From positions 1,129 through 65,128 of the forward strand of contig JACPTX010000053.1 in assembly GCA_016192545.1 (NCBI GenBank): a stretch of 64,000 nt of DNA, in the 5' to 3' direction. The notes beneath the pieces are model-generated. The model was not told the origin of the DNA, did not search any database, and saw only the letters and a program-made list of their open reading frames with translations. Made by a program: the position numbers and the translations under genes. Positions 61,999 through 64,000 of the stretch are shown piece after piece (the stretch's first letter is position 1; each line of letters begins with the position of its first letter). The DNA comes from Candidatus Omnitrophota bacterium. GTDB taxonomy: Bacteria; Omnitrophota; Gorgyraeia; Aquiviventales; Aquiviventaceae.

Positions 61999-62744
61999 TG
62001 GCGACGGGAGGGGGAACCATGGACCCGTCTGCGGAGCGCCCGGAACCCATCACCTACCACTACACGTTCACCTTCCCCTCTTCCGGGGACGTCAAGTACG
62101 TGAGGATTCGTCTGGACGGCACGACCCTCACCCTCATCCCGGAGCCGAAACCCTCTCCGCCATGGACGGCCCTGGACCATCATCAATGCCCGAACTGTCC
62201 GCTCAAGAAGGAGCAGGACCCCTGCTGTCCCGCCGCGGTGAGTCTGGTGGACATCGTGGAGTTCTTCAGCCGTTCATTCTCCTATGAGACGGTGGAGGTC
62301 TGTATTGAGAGCGGGGAGCGCCGCTACGTCAAGCAGACGTCCTTGCAGCAGGCCCTGAGCTCGCTCATCGGGCTCTTGATGGTGACCAGCGGCTGCCCGG
62401 TCATGGGCAAGCTCAAGCCGATGGTGCGGCACCACCTGCCGTTCTCGACGTTTGAAGAAACCCGGTACCGCGTCCTCTCGATGTATCTGCTGGCCCAGTA
62501 TTTTGTGGCCAGGCGGGGCAGGCAGCCGGACTGGACCTTCGCACAGCTCGCCTCGCTCTATGAGGAGATCGGCACGGTGAACGCCTCTTTTCACCAACGG
62601 TTCCTGGAGCTGGCCAAGGGAGACGCAAGCCTCAATGCCCTGGCGATCCTCCAGATGTTCGGTGAAACCATCAAGCTCTCGCTTGATGAGAAGCTCCTGG
62701 ATGACCTGGAAGTGCTGTTTCAGTCCTACCTGGAGGGACGCTGA
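61998..62744 (+). CDS. Cys-rich hypothetical protein, unknown family
   Basis: 248 aa with a TGATG junction to the MBL gene. Contains HHQCPNCPLKKEQDPCCPAA and SGCPVMGK Cys clusters. I recognise no family. Confidence 0.6.
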   Translation: MATGGGTMDPSAERPEPITYHYTFTFPSSGDVKYVRIRLDGTTLTLIPEPKPSPPWTALDHHQCPNCPLKKEQDPCCPAAVSLVDIVEFFSRSFSYETVEVCIESGERRYVKQTSLQQALSSLIGLLMVTSGCPVMGKLKPMVRHHLPFSTFEETRYRVLSMYLLAQYFVARRGRQPDWTFAQLASLYEEIGTVNASFHQRFLELAKGDASLNALAILQMFGETIKLSLDEKLLDDLEVLFQSYLEGR

Positions 62745-63490
62745 CGGACCACGCTGAACCGAAACGGGGACTTCGAGGTTCCCAGGACCACATGGTTCTC
62801 CGGCCCCATCAGGACCGCCTCAAGCTTGCCCGCCTCGCCCCCGATCCGTTCCTCGTTGACGAGCGTGCCAAGCCGGCTCCCGCGGTCCTGCACGACGAGG
62901 TAGTTGCCGTCCGGCGTGAGATCAATGGCGCAGTGGTTGCGGGACACCTGGTACGGAGGCGCGTCCGGCAGATACAGGTCGTTGAAGCTCAAGGCATCGT
63001 CCACCATCCCCTCCACCTTGCGCCCCATGCGGAACGGAAATTTGCAAAGCGCCCGGCCCCCTTTGCCGACAACTTGTTCAGCGACTTTCGTCTCGCCGAC
63101 CAAGACGAGCGCCTCGCCGGGGGGAAGCGCCGCTTCCCGCTCTCCCTCCGTCACGACCAACGGGGGGATGCGGGGGCCCGGCATCGCCGGCGCTGAGGTC
63201 GCGGAGCTCCGGGATTCCAGCAGCTGGAGGTACTTCAGATTCATGATGCGCAGGCGCTCAAACAGGACGCGCAGGAGGGGCAACGCGCTCTTGGGGTCCT
63301 TCCTGAGGAGGCGGTTAAACGTCTCCTGGGTGATGACCCGAAGCACGCAATCCTCGAGGGCCGCGATGGAGGCGCTGCGGGTCGATTCCAGCACCAGGTT
63401 CATCTCGCCGAAGAACTGGCCGGGCCCCAGCCGCGCCAGCACCAGCCGCTTGCCCCCGGCCTCCTTGTATACTTCCACCCGGCCGACCAT
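62726..63490 (-). CDS. FHA-domain protein with an N-terminally truncated cNMP-binding domain
   Basis: N-terminus VYKEAGGKRLVLARLGPGQFFGEMNLV...SASIAAL is the distal two-thirds of a CAP-type domain. C-terminus has FRMGRK...YQVSRNHCAIDL...YLVVQDRGSRLGTLVNEERIG, an FHA domain. The frame stays open upstream to 63673 and encodes the missing strand (ARGTVIIREGE), but without an ATG/GTG/TTG. Confidence 0.65.
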   Translation of the reverse strand: MVGRVEVYKEAGGKRLVLARLGPGQFFGEMNLVLESTRSASIAALEDCVLRVITQETFNRLLRKDPKSALPLLRVLFERLRIMNLKYLQLLESRSSATSAPAMPGPRIPPLVVTEGEREAALPPGEALVLVGETKVAEQVVGKGGRALCKFPFRMGRKVEGMVDDALSFNDLYLPDAPPYQVSRNHCAIDLTPDGNYLVVQDRGSRLGTLVNEERIGGEAGKLEAVLMGPENHVVLGTSKSPFRFSVVRQRPSR

Positions 63491-63569
63491 AATCCGGTAG
63501 GCGCATGTCTGCGTCTCGCCTTCGCGGATGATGACGGTGCCACGCGCGGCCTTGACGGTTTTCGGCTGA

Positions 63570-64000
63570 GTGGCGCCGTCCGTCGTCCTGCTCGCGGCGC
63601 TCGGGCTCCGCCTCGCCGGCCCCCCGGCGCTGGAGGAAGCCCAGCTGAAGGTCTTCGACGCGTTCCAGCGCCTTCAGCCCCGGGCCTATCGCCCTGTGCC
63701 GGTGCGCATCATTGATCTCGACGACGAGAGCCTCGCGAAGCTCGGCCAATGGCCGTGGCCGCGCACGCAGGTCGCCCGGCTGGTCGAGCGCCTGGCCGAA
63801 TTGGGCGCGGCTGTCATCGCCTTTGACGTCGTCTTCGCGGAGCCCGACCGCACCTCCCCGGCGCGCATCCTGCCCTTGTGGTTGTCGCCCGCTGAAATCG
63901 AGGCCCTGAGCCCTCAGCTTGGCGAGCTGCCTGACCATGATCAGGCCCTGGCGCGCGCCATCGGCTCCGCCAGCGTCGTCACCGGGTTTGCGCTGACCAC
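63570..64000 (+). CDS. CHASE2-domain sensor protein (5' part only; continues beyond the window)
   Basis: Own translation from GTG 63570: ...LKVFDAFQRLQPRAYRPVPVRIIDLDDESLAKLGQWPWPRTQVARLVERLAELGAAVIAFDVVFAEPDR... It parallels the CHASE2 N-terminus of the 16922 gene. Not in the ORF track. The start codon is uncertain. Confidence 0.7.
   Translation, partial: MAPSVVLLAALGLRLAGPPALEEAQLKVFDAFQRLQPRAYRPVPVRIIDLDDESLAKLGQWPWPRTQVARLVERLAELGAAVIAFDVVFAEPDRTSPARILPLWLSPAEIEALSPQLGELPDHDQALARAIGSASVVTGFALT

Overview
High-GC (estimated ~65% from sample lines) chromosomal window from a diderm bacterium; lpxD, a TpsB, OMP beta-barrels and a LolA-like gene support the diderm call. Coding density is high and many gene junctions overlap as TGATG or ATGA.

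Layout:
- 0-8 kb: minus-strand housekeeping operon (UbiA-like, GT2, flavin reductase, DLH, Cld/HemQ-like, double-domain ThyX, M24 peptidase).
- 6.3-18.7 kb: two-partner-secretion locus. tpsB is divergent from a 2659-aa TpsA exoprotein. tpsA is preceded by a c-di-GMP-I (GEMM-I) riboswitch plus intrinsic terminator, and followed by FecR-like and CHASE2-GGDEF genes.
- 18.8-34.9 kb: Complex I split into two convergent half-operons, nuoJKLMN (+) and nuoA-B-C-D-EF(fused)-G-H-I (-). A SLOG/DUF192/lpxD/doxX tail follows nuoI.
- 35-48 kb: MsbA-like ABC exporter, an inserted RelE/RHH TA cassette, M20 peptidase, TPR protein, a MoeZ/DsrE-like/sulfite reductase/siroheme-decarboxylase-like cluster, AKR, radical SAM and an RCK K+ channel.
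- 48.3-51.3 kb: AT-rich 3,027-bp IS1-like cargo transposon with TIRs and an 8-bp TSD. It is inserted in a palindromic repeat hairpin and carries NYN, HTH and PIN/antitoxin genes.
- 51.4-62.7 kb: LolA-like protein, RND exporter fused to a cNMP-binding domain, OMP, oleABCD olefin genes, MBL hydrolase and a Cys-rich unknown.
- 62.7-64 kb: FHA/cNMP protein and a second CHASE2 gene.

Several palindromic repeat families recur across the window. Some lie in frame inside coding sequence (nuoF, M20 peptidase, nuoG and oleB tails). Many long ORFs in the track are antisense GC shadows and were rejected. All calls rest on reading the sequence and remembered motifs; no searches were run.
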